Shown here in pieces: positions 44,549 to 53,414 of a DNA stretch of 64,000 nucleotides. Origin of the DNA: Acidobacteriota bacterium (GTDB taxonomy: Bacteria > Acidobacteriota > Thermoanaerobaculia > Multivoradales > Multivoraceae). Where the stretch lies: contig JAPPFP010000009.1 in NCBI GenBank assembly GCA_028877275.1, positions 354,889 to 418,888 on the forward strand, in the 5' to 3' direction. Positions within the stretch are counted from its first letter, which is position 1. Each line of letters opens with the position of its first letter. Made by a program: the position numbers and the translations under genes. The notes under the pieces are model-generated. The model saw nothing but the letters and a program-made list of their open reading frames with translations, was not told the origin of the DNA and made no database searches.

Positions 44549-46348
44549 CTACTCCACGAGCTCGACGTTGTCGATCTCGAGCCGGAACGGGCCGTGATCG
44601 GTAGGGCCGCCGATGAAGAACGCCCAGGCGCCCGAGGGATCGAGACCGTTGAACGAGGACAGCGGGATCTCGATCCGGCCCCAGGCCTCTCCGGCCTCGA
44701 AGGAGACGGCGGCCGGTTGCATTCCCAGGCTCTCGGCGAACACCATCGCCTGGTAGGCCGCGCCCTCGCCGCGGGCGTCGAAGGCCAGAGCGCGGAGACC
44801 GCTGGCGTCGACCGGGTCGTTGAACCGGGAGCCGAGCAGGACCATCACACCTGACCACGGAAAGGCGAAGCCCTCCTTGATCTCGCCTTCGATCCGCAGG
44901 GCGTTGCCGCCCCCGTCGCCGGGCGCTGCGCCGGTTGTCACCGTCGACTTGCCGCCGGCGAAGGCGTCGGTCGAGTGCGACCACTTGGGGGGCAGTGCGC
45001 CGGCGGCCAGGTTCTCGAAATCGCTGAGCAGGGTGGGTTCAAGGCGGGGCCGGCCGCTAGCGGGTGCGGTGATCCGTCGCTCGAAGCGGATCCCGTCCTT
45101 CCAGATCGCCGCGACGTCGCGGGTGGCGCGCACGTCGGCGGTCGCGTCGTCGCGAACCAGGAGCAGGTCGGCCTTGAGGCCGGCCGCTACCCGGCCGCGG
45201 TCCTCCAGGCCGAATGCGTCGACGGGCGCGGTGGTGGCCGCTCGCAGGGCCTCGACCGGCGTCAGACCGGCGCGGACCAGCAGTTCGAGTTCCCGGTGGA
45301 CGCTCGCGCCATGAGTCGTTCCAGGATTCGGCGCGTCCGAACCGGCCAGAATCGGCACTCCGGCGGCGTGCAGCGCGCCTACATCGGCCAGGATGTTCGC
45401 CATCAACTCGGGGTCCGGTTCCCGGCCGAAGTTCTGACCCAGACCGCCTCGCTGTTCGGGCGTCAGAAAGGGGGCGATGAGCGGATCCGCGGCCAGCTCC
45501 GGACCGCCGCCGGTGGCCGCGATCGTTTCGAGCACGGCGAGCGTGGGGACGACGAAGATCCCCGCCTCGCGGGCCGCTTCGACAATCTCTCCGCTTCCGG
45601 CGCGGTCGAAGTGCATGTGGACCAGGCCGTCGGCGCCCGCGGCGATGACCTCCCCAGCCGCTTCCTCCGTGCTGATGTGGAAGACAGCCAGCAGATCGTT
45701 ACTGTGCGCGGCGGCCACGATCCGGGGCAGGGTCGAGACCGCGAACGTGGGAAGCGGGCGTCCGGCGGTTCCGGCTTCGTAGATCACCTTGATGAAGTCG
45801 GCGCCCGCGGCCGCCCGGTCGCCGATGAAGGCCTCGGTCTGCTCCGGGTCGTCCAGAGTGGGCAACGCGACGCCGAACTGCGTGCCGTGCCCGCCCGTGA
45901 CGGTTACGGGACCGCCGGCGAAGACGTCGGCCCGGCCCGGAACCGCTCCCGCTGCCTGCTGCCGCCGCCACTGTGCCGCCATGGCCTCGGCGGTGAGCAT
46001 GTCCAGAACGGTCGTGACGCCGAAGTTCAGCGCCTGTTCGAGCGCCGGTCCGAAGTTGTGGGTGTGGCTGTCGATCAGCCCTGGCAGCAGGGTCATGTCG
46101 GCGCCGTCGACGACCTCCGCTTCGGCGCCGGCGGTCGCTGGAATGTCGGCGCCTGTCGTCACCGACTCGATCGTCCGGCCGCGGATCACGACGGTGCCTG
46201 TCGGGAGTACCTCGTCGCCCGTGAAGACGCGCGCGCCCTGGATCACCGTGGCCTGCGCGAGGGCGACGCTGGAGAGACCGGTCAGACCGCATACCGCGAC
46301 GGCGGCGATGCGGAGAAGGCGGAACGACGTGCGGCGACAGACCCCCAT
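44549..46348 (-). CDS. Secreted amidohydrolase-family protein with a C-terminal roughly 150-aa beta-rich extra domain (CIA30/CBM-like)
   Basis: Signal peptide. DSHTHN metal-binding start of the amidohydrolase TIM barrel and a later HAAGVPILAGSDAPN block. The C-terminal domain is outside the barrel. Confidence 0.75.
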   Translation of the reverse strand: MGVCRRTSFRLLRIAAVAVCGLTGLSSVALAQATVIQGARVFTGDEVLPTGTVVIRGRTIESVTTGADIPATAGAEAEVVDGADMTLLPGLIDSHTHNFGPALEQALNFGVTTVLDMLTAEAMAAQWRRQQAAGAVPGRADVFAGGPVTVTGGHGTQFGVALPTLDDPEQTEAFIGDRAAAGADFIKVIYEAGTAGRPLPTFAVSTLPRIVAAAHSNDLLAVFHISTEEAAGEVIAAGADGLVHMHFDRAGSGEIVEAAREAGIFVVPTLAVLETIAATGGGPELAADPLIAPFLTPEQRGGLGQNFGREPDPELMANILADVGALHAAGVPILAGSDAPNPGTTHGASVHRELELLVRAGLTPVEALRAATTAPVDAFGLEDRGRVAAGLKADLLLVRDDATADVRATRDVAAIWKDGIRFERRITAPASGRPRLEPTLLSDFENLAAGALPPKWSHSTDAFAGGKSTVTTGAAPGDGGGNALRIEGEIKEGFAFPWSGVMVLLGSRFNDPVDASGLRALAFDARGEGAAYQAMVFAESLGMQPAAVSFEAGEAWGRIEIPLSSFNGLDPSGAWAFFIGGPTDHGPFRLEIDNVELVE

Positions 46349-46389
46349 GCGGCGTATGCTAGCGACGGTTTCAGAGGAAGGGAGAACCC

Positions 46390-46620
46390 GTGAAGATCAA
46401 ACTCGATATCGACTGTACGCCCGAAGAGGCGCGCGCCTTTCTCGGCCTCCCCGACGTCGCCGGAGTCCAGAACGAGATGCTGGAGAAGGTTCGCGACCGC
46501 ATGGTCGCCAACCTGAAGTACGCGGACCCGCAGGAGATGTTCCGGTTCTGGTTCCCGGGCGCCGCGGCGCGCATCGCGGCGCGGAGCGGCTCCGGCGCCG
46601 ACTCCGAGGACGGCGAGTAG
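46390..46620 (+). CDS. Small conserved hypothetical protein (76 aa)
   Basis: GTG start with GGAAGGGAG RBS. Coding-biased frame. Confidence 0.45.
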   Translation: MKIKLDIDCTPEEARAFLGLPDVAGVQNEMLEKVRDRMVANLKYADPQEMFRFWFPGAAARIAARSGSGADSEDGE

Positions 46621-46629
46621 GGGCGCCGG

Positions 46630-47199
46630 CTAGGCGCCCGCCCCCGCTTCCAGGCCCGTCACGTCGTACGACATGAGGATCAGGTCGTGCGTGGCGTCGT
46701 TCGGGTCGATGACCCAGTCGGCCAGCAGGGCCTCCACCGAGAAGCCCAGGTTCTGGAACATCTGACGGGCGCCGCGCTGCTCCCGGGCCATCTGGGCGAT
46801 GATCTTGGTCAGCCCGATCTGCTGGGCCAGGTGGAACACGTCGTGCGCCAGTTGGCCGCCGAGGCCGACCTGGCGGACCTCGGGCAGGACCATGATCCTG
46901 ATCTCGCCCAGGTGCCTCATCCAGGCCGACTCCCGCCGGTTCAGGCTGCCGTAGCCGACGACACGATCGCCGAGATGAGCGAGCACCGCGACGCGGGTTC
47001 CGGCCATCGCGCCTTCGACCCAGTTGTCGACGACCTTCGGATCCGTCATGTCGACGCGCAGGAATCGGAGGTCCTCTTCCGGCAGCGCCCGGGCAAAGGC
47101 GAGCACGTCATCGCGGTCTTCCTGCCTCAGAAGGCTGAACTGGAAGGACTGGTTCTCGAGGCGGACCGTCCGCGGGTACTGGGTCGCCATGTCGTTCAC
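46630..47199 (-). CDS. GNAT family N-acetyltransferase
   Basis: GNAT motif A region (VRQVGLGGQL...). GTG start overlaps the upstream stop (GTGA). Confidence 0.8.
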   Translation of the reverse strand: MNDMATQYPRTVRLENQSFQFSLLRQEDRDDVLAFARALPEEDLRFLRVDMTDPKVVDNWVEGAMAGTRVAVLAHLGDRVVGYGSLNRRESAWMRHLGEIRIMVLPEVRQVGLGGQLAHDVFHLAQQIGLTKIIAQMAREQRGARQMFQNLGFSVEALLADWVIDPNDATHDLILMSYDVTGLEAGAGA

Positions 47200-47564
47200 T
47201 CGGCTGTCTCCTCTTGGACTTGGGGCGTGGGTGGGGCCTGGTCGGTTGCCTCGTCGGTGGCGGAGCCGTCGGCGAGGCGATCGAGGTAGGTAGTGACGGC
47301 ATCGAAGGATCCGTCGATCGTGTTCTTGAACTGGCGCTGGCCTTCCTGTGCGGCGCCCCGCCAGGTCTGGATCAGATCACGTGCCTCCTCGGGGAGGTTC
47401 GGGACCTGGTTCATCATCCGGTCGGCGAGTTCGAGCTGACGGTCCTGGAGGGCGACGATCGCGTCGTAGCCGTTCTCGAAAGCGGCCCTCTGGAACTCGA
47501 GGACCTGCCTCTGGAAGGCAAGCACCTGTCTTGGGATGTTGCTCGGAATGTTGGCTCGGGTCAT
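47196..47564 (-). CDS. Phasin-like (granule/lipid-body-associated) small protein
   Basis: 122 aa, amphipathic helical. LAFQRQVLEFQRAAFENGYDAIVALQDRQLELADRMMNQ is reminiscent of phasin_2-type repeats. ATGA coupling on both sides. Confidence 0.5.
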   Translation of the reverse strand: MTRANIPSNIPRQVLAFQRQVLEFQRAAFENGYDAIVALQDRQLELADRMMNQVPNLPEEARDLIQTWRGAAQEGQRQFKNTIDGSFDAVTTYLDRLADGSATDEATDQAPPTPQVQEETAE

Positions 47565-48949
47565 GGTGTCTCCAGGTTGTGGAACTGCCGCGGTTTGGAC
47601 GGGGCCGGAACACTGCGCCGCCGTCGTCGGGGAGCGCGACCTGCCGCTTCGCGAAGTTCGTCGAACGACTCCGCGAGCAGGTCGGGCAGCACTTCGGCGT
47701 CGGGACAGGCTCGTTCGTCCACCGTGACGCCGACGTGCAGCGCCTGGTTGTAGGCGAAGAACGCGCAGGAGAGGCCCTGGCCGTAACCGATAGGCCAGGA
47801 GGGCGTGTAGCCGGAAAGCGGCCGGCCGGCCAGGAACTGGGGGATCTGGGGACCGTTCGCGTTGGCGACGGTCAGATGGAACGGCGGCCGCAACGAAGAG
47901 GTCATCGCGGTCGCGGCGGCCGCCAGCGGGCCGGCGGCGCCCTGCACGCCGGCGAAGCGCGACAGCACGTCCGCCACCCGCGCCGTCCGCATCAGGCGCG
48001 CGAGCTGGTGCACCGTACGGAGCCGGTCCGCTGCGCCGACGCTCAGGGGAACTTCGATGGGCAGCAGGCTTCGTCGTTTCCGATCGCGTTCGGGGAGGTC
48101 GGTGGCCAGAGCCACGCGCAGACTTCGGCCTCTGGTCGAGACGCCTCTCAGGTCCAGATAGCGTTCGAGTGCGCCGCCGGCCAGGGCGACGACCACATCC
48201 GAGAGCGCGCCGCCCAGCCGGGCCCGGATCAGCCGGATGTCGCGGTAGGAGAAGGCGCACCGAATCAGGCGGCGCCGTCCCCCCAGCTTTCGGTTGAACG
48301 GCATGGGCACCGGCGGCAGTGCGAGATCGGGCATCGTTTCGTTCAGGGTCAGGAGCGCGGTCCGCGTGTCTTCCGAGGTGAGTTCCTGGAGGCCCGCGGC
48401 CAGATGCTGGCCAATCAGTGTCCAGTTCTGGAGCCACTCCGCCCCGCGAGCGCCGCATCGGGCGCCGTTCGACGCCGGTTCGCCGGCCTTCTTCTCCTCG
48501 ACCGTCGTACCGCTCGCAAACAGCGCGTGGAAGAGGTCGCCGGTGCCCAGTCCGTCGACGGCGACCAGGTGGGATTTGACCAGCAGAGCGTCGCCGCCGT
48601 CGTGGTAGCCGGGCGCCAGATGGAACTCCCACAGCGGCCGGCGGGGATCGAGCGGCTTGCCGAGGGCTTCGTCGAACGCGGAAGCAGGGTCGCCGTTCGC
48701 GACGACGTGCAGGTGCTTGTCGAGTTCGAACGGCGCCGGGCGCCAGCGCGGAGGGCCATAGGGCGGTCCGTCGACACGGAGGCTGAACCGCGGCAGCCTG
48801 CGCAGCCGACCCATCCAGTGCAGGAGTTCCTGCCGGTCGATCTCGCCATCGACGAGCGCCAGACCCGCGACGTGCAGTCCGGGGCCGCGGCGCTCGAGGT
48901 TCCACAGGACCGCCTGGTCGGGCGTCAGGAGGGTGTTGGGAGCGGTCAC
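47561..48949 (-). CDS. Wax ester synthase/diacylglycerol acyltransferase (WS/DGAT) paralogue with a variant active-site motif
   Basis: WS/DGAT-like length and blocks. The H-H-x-x-x-D-G motif appears as SHLVAVDG. ATGA-coupled to the upstream hydrolase gene. Confidence 0.75.
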   Translation of the reverse strand: MTAPNTLLTPDQAVLWNLERRGPGLHVAGLALVDGEIDRQELLHWMGRLRRLPRFSLRVDGPPYGPPRWRPAPFELDKHLHVVANGDPASAFDEALGKPLDPRRPLWEFHLAPGYHDGGDALLVKSHLVAVDGLGTGDLFHALFASGTTVEEKKAGEPASNGARCGARGAEWLQNWTLIGQHLAAGLQELTSEDTRTALLTLNETMPDLALPPVPMPFNRKLGGRRRLIRCAFSYRDIRLIRARLGGALSDVVVALAGGALERYLDLRGVSTRGRSLRVALATDLPERDRKRRSLLPIEVPLSVGAADRLRTVHQLARLMRTARVADVLSRFAGVQGAAGPLAAAATAMTSSLRPPFHLTVANANGPQIPQFLAGRPLSGYTPSWPIGYGQGLSCAFFAYNQALHVGVTVDERACPDAEVLPDLLAESFDELREAAGRAPRRRRRSVPAPSKPRQFHNLETP

Positions 48950-49770
48950 GTGGCCGTCTCCGCGGTGAGCGCGGGACTCGGGTGGCGCTTCAGGAACCGT
49001 GCGAGATGCCAGTACGCGAGGGCGTTGGCGGCCAGGCCGGAATGGGTGCCGAGGACCTCCCGATTCAGCGACGGGTCGTGTAGCCGCGTGTAGCGCCAGG
49101 CGACGACGCCGTCCCGCCGGGTGAAGATGGCGAGCTGCGGCACCTCTTCCGGAAACGGGCTCTGCACCGAGCGGACCAGGTCGCAGCGGCAGTCACCCGA
49201 GAAGCAGGCGGGTTCCCGGGCGCCGTCCCGTTCGACGACGCGGCGGCGTACCGCCTCCGCCAGCCGCATCACCATGGGATGGGAGCGGACGCCCCGGATC
49301 GGTGAGCCCATCGTGGTGACGGACGCGACCAGATCGGGACGCAGGCTCGTTACACCGCGCGAGAGCATGCCGCCCAGGCTGTGGCCGACCAGGTGCGCGC
49401 GCCGGCCGGTCTCGTCCGCGGCCTTCTGGAGCGTTCCGATCAGCCGGTTGCCCAGCCGGTCGAGACAGTCGGCGTTCTGCCCGATGGCCGAACGGTAGGG
49501 GCGGTAGCCGATGCGGCCAAGCCAGCGGCGCATCGGCGCCAGGTAGCCGTCGGTTCCGGTGAAGCCGGGAACGACGATCACCGCGGCGCCGTCGCCGCGC
49601 GGCACGCCCATGCCGTGGTAGATGGGCGTGAACGGCAGGAAGGCAAACTCGGCGGCCGCGAACGGCTCGCGCCAAAGCGGCAGCGCCGCCGGCACCGAAT
49701 CCCGCAGGAGACGCGGGTTCGCGCTCCAGATCGGGCTGGCCTGACGCCCCCGCCGGGCCGACGCCGTCAC
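48946..49770 (-). CDS. Alpha/beta-hydrolase lipase/esterase (GHSLGG)
   Basis: VIVVPGFTG..., nucleophile elbow GHSLGG. GTG start overlaps the WS/DGAT stop (TAGTG). The ORF-track 5' extension is rejected. Confidence 0.7.
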   Translation of the reverse strand: MTASARRGRQASPIWSANPRLLRDSVPAALPLWREPFAAAEFAFLPFTPIYHGMGVPRGDGAAVIVVPGFTGTDGYLAPMRRWLGRIGYRPYRSAIGQNADCLDRLGNRLIGTLQKAADETGRRAHLVGHSLGGMLSRGVTSLRPDLVASVTTMGSPIRGVRSHPMVMRLAEAVRRRVVERDGAREPACFSGDCRCDLVRSVQSPFPEEVPQLAIFTRRDGVVAWRYTRLHDPSLNREVLGTHSGLAANALAYWHLARFLKRHPSPALTAETAT

Positions 49771-51284
49771 TAGGCGACTCCTCGCAGGGACGCGTCGGAA
49801 TGGGAGTCGGTCGCGGCGGCCTCTTCGGCCTGCGGCAGATCGACCTGGGGTGACGCTGCCGCGAAGCAGCGCGCGCCGCTCGGCTCCTCGCTCTCCACCC
49901 CGGCCGCCTCCCGGAGTTCGGCGTACGACTCCTCCAGGCACTGGGCGAGGAACCACGCGTCGGGGATGAGCTTGGCGTCCACCGTCACTCCCAGGGTGAT
50001 GCGCTGGTTGTAGCTCAGGATGGCGACGAACAGGCCGATGTTGTTCGAAACGATGCCGAGTGGTAGCCAGTCGACCAGCTTGTGGGGTCCGAAGTACAGC
50101 GGAATCATCGGCCCGGGCACGTTGGTCGAGACGGTGTTGAACAGGGTCTGGGAGAAGGGCATCGTCGCGGCGACGGCAGCCATGAGCGGCGGGACCCGGT
50201 CGCTGAACTGGGTCATCTGGTAAAAGGCCTTCGCCTGCCCGGCCTCCTTCAGCTTGTTCATCGCGTCCCGTTCCCTGCCGAGGCGTTCGACCGGGTCGTC
50301 GACCCCGACGAAGAGCGGAGCGATCATGTTCGAGACGAGATTCCCGAGCTGACCCCGTTCGTCCTGCTGGCGCATGCTGACCGGGCACATGGCGCGCAGC
50401 TCGAGTCCCTTCGGGTCCTGGCCGCGCTCACGCAGGTAGCGACCGATGCCGCCGGCGAGCACGGTGAGCACGACGTCGTTGACGGTGCCGCTCAGGGCGG
50501 ACTTGACGGCGCGCAGTTCGGGGAAGGAGAACTGGGCCCATGCGAACCCCCGCTCCTTGCTGACCGGTCGATTGAAGACGGTGCGCGGCGCAGGAGCGGC
50601 GGAGACCGGCAGGGTCGCGGCGCTGGCCGCCACCATCTCGCGTACGCGGTCCGCCATCTGGCGAGGGCGCGCGGCGTCGAAGGCGGCGTTCGTCCAGGAC
50701 TCGTTCAGTTGTCCGAGGCGATGCTGCATCGCTTCCTGGAGGAGGCTCAGAGAGTCCGGCAGCGGCTTCGGCGCCCAGGGCTCGGCGGGTGCGTCCGGCA
50801 GTTCCTCGGTGGGTGAGAAGTCGCTCAGCACCATCGACAGGTCGACGCCGGAGACGCCGTCGACCATCGCGTGGTGGATCTTCCAGACGACCGCCGTGTG
50901 TCCCGGGATGCCGCGGAGCAGAATCCCCTTCCAGAGCGGCCGGTTGCGGTCGAGCATGCCGCCGTAGGCCTCGGCGGCGGCGCGGGCCAGTACCTGGTGG
51001 TCGCTGTCCTCAGGGATCCAGACCTCCTCGACGTGGTTCTCCAGGTTGAAGGACGGGTCATCGACCCACACCGGGTGGGAGACGAGGAAGGGCGGGAACA
51101 GCACGCGCTGGCGGTAGCGGGGCAGCAGGTGCATGCGGGCGGCAAGCTGTTCGACCATGTACTCGCGCGAGAACTCGCCTTCGTAGACCATGCAGCCGCC
51201 GATGTGCATCGTCTCGTGGGGGCGTTCGACATAGAGGAAGGCGGCGTCGAGCGGGGTCAGGAATCGGTTCAGTTCCGTGGCCAT
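49770..51284 (-). CDS. Wax ester synthase/diacylglycerol acyltransferase (WS/DGAT)
   Basis: Canonical HHAMVDGVSG active-site motif and WS/DGAT N-terminal block LTPLDAAFLYVE. Confidence 0.85.
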   Translation of the reverse strand: MATELNRFLTPLDAAFLYVERPHETMHIGGCMVYEGEFSREYMVEQLAARMHLLPRYRQRVLFPPFLVSHPVWVDDPSFNLENHVEEVWIPEDSDHQVLARAAAEAYGGMLDRNRPLWKGILLRGIPGHTAVVWKIHHAMVDGVSGVDLSMVLSDFSPTEELPDAPAEPWAPKPLPDSLSLLQEAMQHRLGQLNESWTNAAFDAARPRQMADRVREMVAASAATLPVSAAPAPRTVFNRPVSKERGFAWAQFSFPELRAVKSALSGTVNDVVLTVLAGGIGRYLRERGQDPKGLELRAMCPVSMRQQDERGQLGNLVSNMIAPLFVGVDDPVERLGRERDAMNKLKEAGQAKAFYQMTQFSDRVPPLMAAVAATMPFSQTLFNTVSTNVPGPMIPLYFGPHKLVDWLPLGIVSNNIGLFVAILSYNQRITLGVTVDAKLIPDAWFLAQCLEESYAELREAAGVESEEPSGARCFAAASPQVDLPQAEEAAATDSHSDASLRGVA

Positions 51285-51397
51285 TTTGGGGTCTCCAGAA
51301 CGGGCGGATCGCGTATGGGTAGGGGTTTATGCTGCGCTGCTTGCTGCAACGCAGCAGAAGCCTCGCACAGAAACGGGCGATTGGCAAGGGTTGGCCC

Positions 51398-53404
51398 CTA
51401 GGCCGGTCGCCGCCACCGGAACACGGCTACGTCGATGACCTCCCGCGCCGGCTCGACCAGGATCCGTATCGGTGACTGCGGCACGTCGAAACGCTGCGTT
51501 AGACAGCGGCGCCGTTCCCTGCCTCTCTGGGTGTGGCGGCAGGGCAGCGGATTGCCATCGACTTCAATGGAGATCTCCACCGCGTCGCGTGAGGGACTGC
51601 GGACTGCGATCTCCAGCGACACGAGGCCAGGGCCTGCTGCGGGTGCGTCGGTCCCTGCTGGCAGCGCCGCCGGATCGACTTCGTAGAGTCCCTCGCCCGT
51701 ACGGGAGAAGGCGGTGGGCGCGGGTGGTCCCAGCGCCTCGAAGGGTCGGCGCACGAGGACGACGGGATCTCCGCGCAGCCGGAACAGCTTCGGATCGAAA
51801 CGCTGAACGGTCACACCCGGCTGAGCCGCGGCCAACTCCCGGTAGGCGGAGTCCTGGTCGGGTTCAAGCCGCGAAGCCGGGAAGAGCAGGATGTCGGCCG
51901 CCTCCCGCTCCGACCGGGACTCGGCGGCGATGCTGTCCGCGCGGATGAGTGTGGTTACGTAGTTCCCGTTCCAGATCCGGGGGTCGAAGTCCTGGATCCC
52001 GAGCGGCAGTTCGGTCATGAACGTCCGTCCCCTGAGCGGCTTCGGCCTCCCGGCCGTTCGGGCGGCCTCCGCCGAAGTCAGCGGGACGTTCTCTTCGTAC
52101 ACCGCGGTGTGGACGAAGCGGGCCTTGTCGAGTCCGGCCAGTCCGGCGCCGGCAGCCAGGACGGCCAGGGAGACGATCGTCCACCGGCGTTGCGGCAGGC
52201 CGCGGGCTGCGCGCACCAGCTTGCCGAGGAACCAGGCGCCGGCCAGGGCGACCACCGGAGCGACGATCAGCCAGTTGGGCGGCTTCGGATACCGGGTGAC
52301 GACCCACAGGGAGGCGACGTAGCCGCCGAAGAAGACGCCCAGGACGAGCGCGTCGGCAACCGTGGCGCCGCCCCGTTCGCCCGGCAGCCGCCCCCGGACA
52401 TCGCGCCGGGCCCGCAGCGCGAGAACGAGCATCCAGCCCAGGCCGAGGAGCCCGCAGGCGCCCAGCACGGGGCTGAAGTAGACGCTGCCTGCGAGGCTCG
52501 TCACCGCGTTCAGCGGCTGGTCGAAGAGCCCGGCGCCTACTTCGGCGAGTCGCTCCCGGTAGTGGCTCACGGTCGACCCGAGATGGCGCCGGTACATCTC
52601 GGGTGCCAGCACCAGCCAGGGATTGAGCAGGAGCAGCACGCCGGCGCCGCCGGCGGCCGCGGCCGCGGTACGGCGGACCAGCAGACCGATGTCGCGGACG
52701 CCGCCCAGGGCGATCGCAACGAGCAGCGGTAGCGCCAGCGCCGCGCCGTTCCACTTGGCGGCGGCGGTTGCGCCGACCATGGCGCCGGCGATCGCGTACC
52801 CTCGGAGACTCTCGCTTCGCCGCGCGGCGAGGATCGCGTAGAGGGTCAGGACGGCAGTCAGGACCAGCATGATGTCGGGCTTGAACACGCCCGACTGGCG
52901 CATGTGCCAGGGGGCGACGGCGAGCAGGAAGGCCGCGCCCAGACCGACCCAGGGGCCGAACAGCCGCCGGCCGATCACGAACACGACGAACAGCGAGGCG
53001 GTGCCCAGCAGCGTCTGGATGATCCGGGAGACGCGCACGGCGATCCGGGTGAGATAGGGCCGTCCGTCCGGTGCGATCCCGAACGTCGTCGGCAGGGAGG
53101 AGAGCCAGGGCAGGGAGCGGGCCGTTTCGTATGCCTTGAGGGCCGCCGCGTGGGGCAGGTAGGAGAGCGTCGGGTAGTGCGTGCGCACCGGTCGCCACTG
53201 GTCGTGGGCCAGGACCGCGGCGACGTTGCCGGCGTTGTAGCGCTCGTCCCAGAGCCGGTTCATCGTCGGGTCCGGCCAACTGAAGAGCACGCGGACCGCA
53301 AGCGCCCACAGGAGCAGCAACCCGAGCAGCCACTTCTGCAGGCTCGTCGTCCGGAGCGGCGTCCCTTCCGGGTCCAGATGACTCCCCGGCTCTACCGCGC
53401 TCAT
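51398..53404 (-). CDS. GT39/GT83-like (PMT/ArnT-type) polyprenyl-phosphate-sugar-dependent glycosyltransferase, integral membrane
   Basis: Multi-TM N-terminal region with the ArnT/PMT-like loop pattern and a large C-terminal periplasmic domain. Confidence 0.7.
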   Translation of the reverse strand: MSAVEPGSHLDPEGTPLRTTSLQKWLLGLLLLWALAVRVLFSWPDPTMNRLWDERYNAGNVAAVLAHDQWRPVRTHYPTLSYLPHAAALKAYETARSLPWLSSLPTTFGIAPDGRPYLTRIAVRVSRIIQTLLGTASLFVVFVIGRRLFGPWVGLGAAFLLAVAPWHMRQSGVFKPDIMLVLTAVLTLYAILAARRSESLRGYAIAGAMVGATAAAKWNGAALALPLLVAIALGGVRDIGLLVRRTAAAAAGGAGVLLLLNPWLVLAPEMYRRHLGSTVSHYRERLAEVGAGLFDQPLNAVTSLAGSVYFSPVLGACGLLGLGWMLVLALRARRDVRGRLPGERGGATVADALVLGVFFGGYVASLWVVTRYPKPPNWLIVAPVVALAGAWFLGKLVRAARGLPQRRWTIVSLAVLAAGAGLAGLDKARFVHTAVYEENVPLTSAEAARTAGRPKPLRGRTFMTELPLGIQDFDPRIWNGNYVTTLIRADSIAAESRSEREAADILLFPASRLEPDQDSAYRELAAAQPGVTVQRFDPKLFRLRGDPVVLVRRPFEALGPPAPTAFSRTGEGLYEVDPAALPAGTDAPAAGPGLVSLEIAVRSPSRDAVEISIEVDGNPLPCRHTQRGRERRRCLTQRFDVPQSPIRILVEPAREVIDVAVFRWRRPA

Positions 53405-53414
53405 CCCTAAGCCC

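Noticed and set aside
44975-46393. 472-aa plus-strand ORF
   Set aside because: Antisense to the amidohydrolase gene, which has the DSHTHN metal site on the minus strand.
47348-49093. 581-aa plus-strand ORF, and the 569-aa minus ORF 47196..48905
   Set aside because: The plus ORF is antisense to the WS/DGAT and lipase genes. The minus 569-aa ORF is an out-of-frame Arg-rich read-through whose only real part is the C-terminal 122-aa phasin-like gene.
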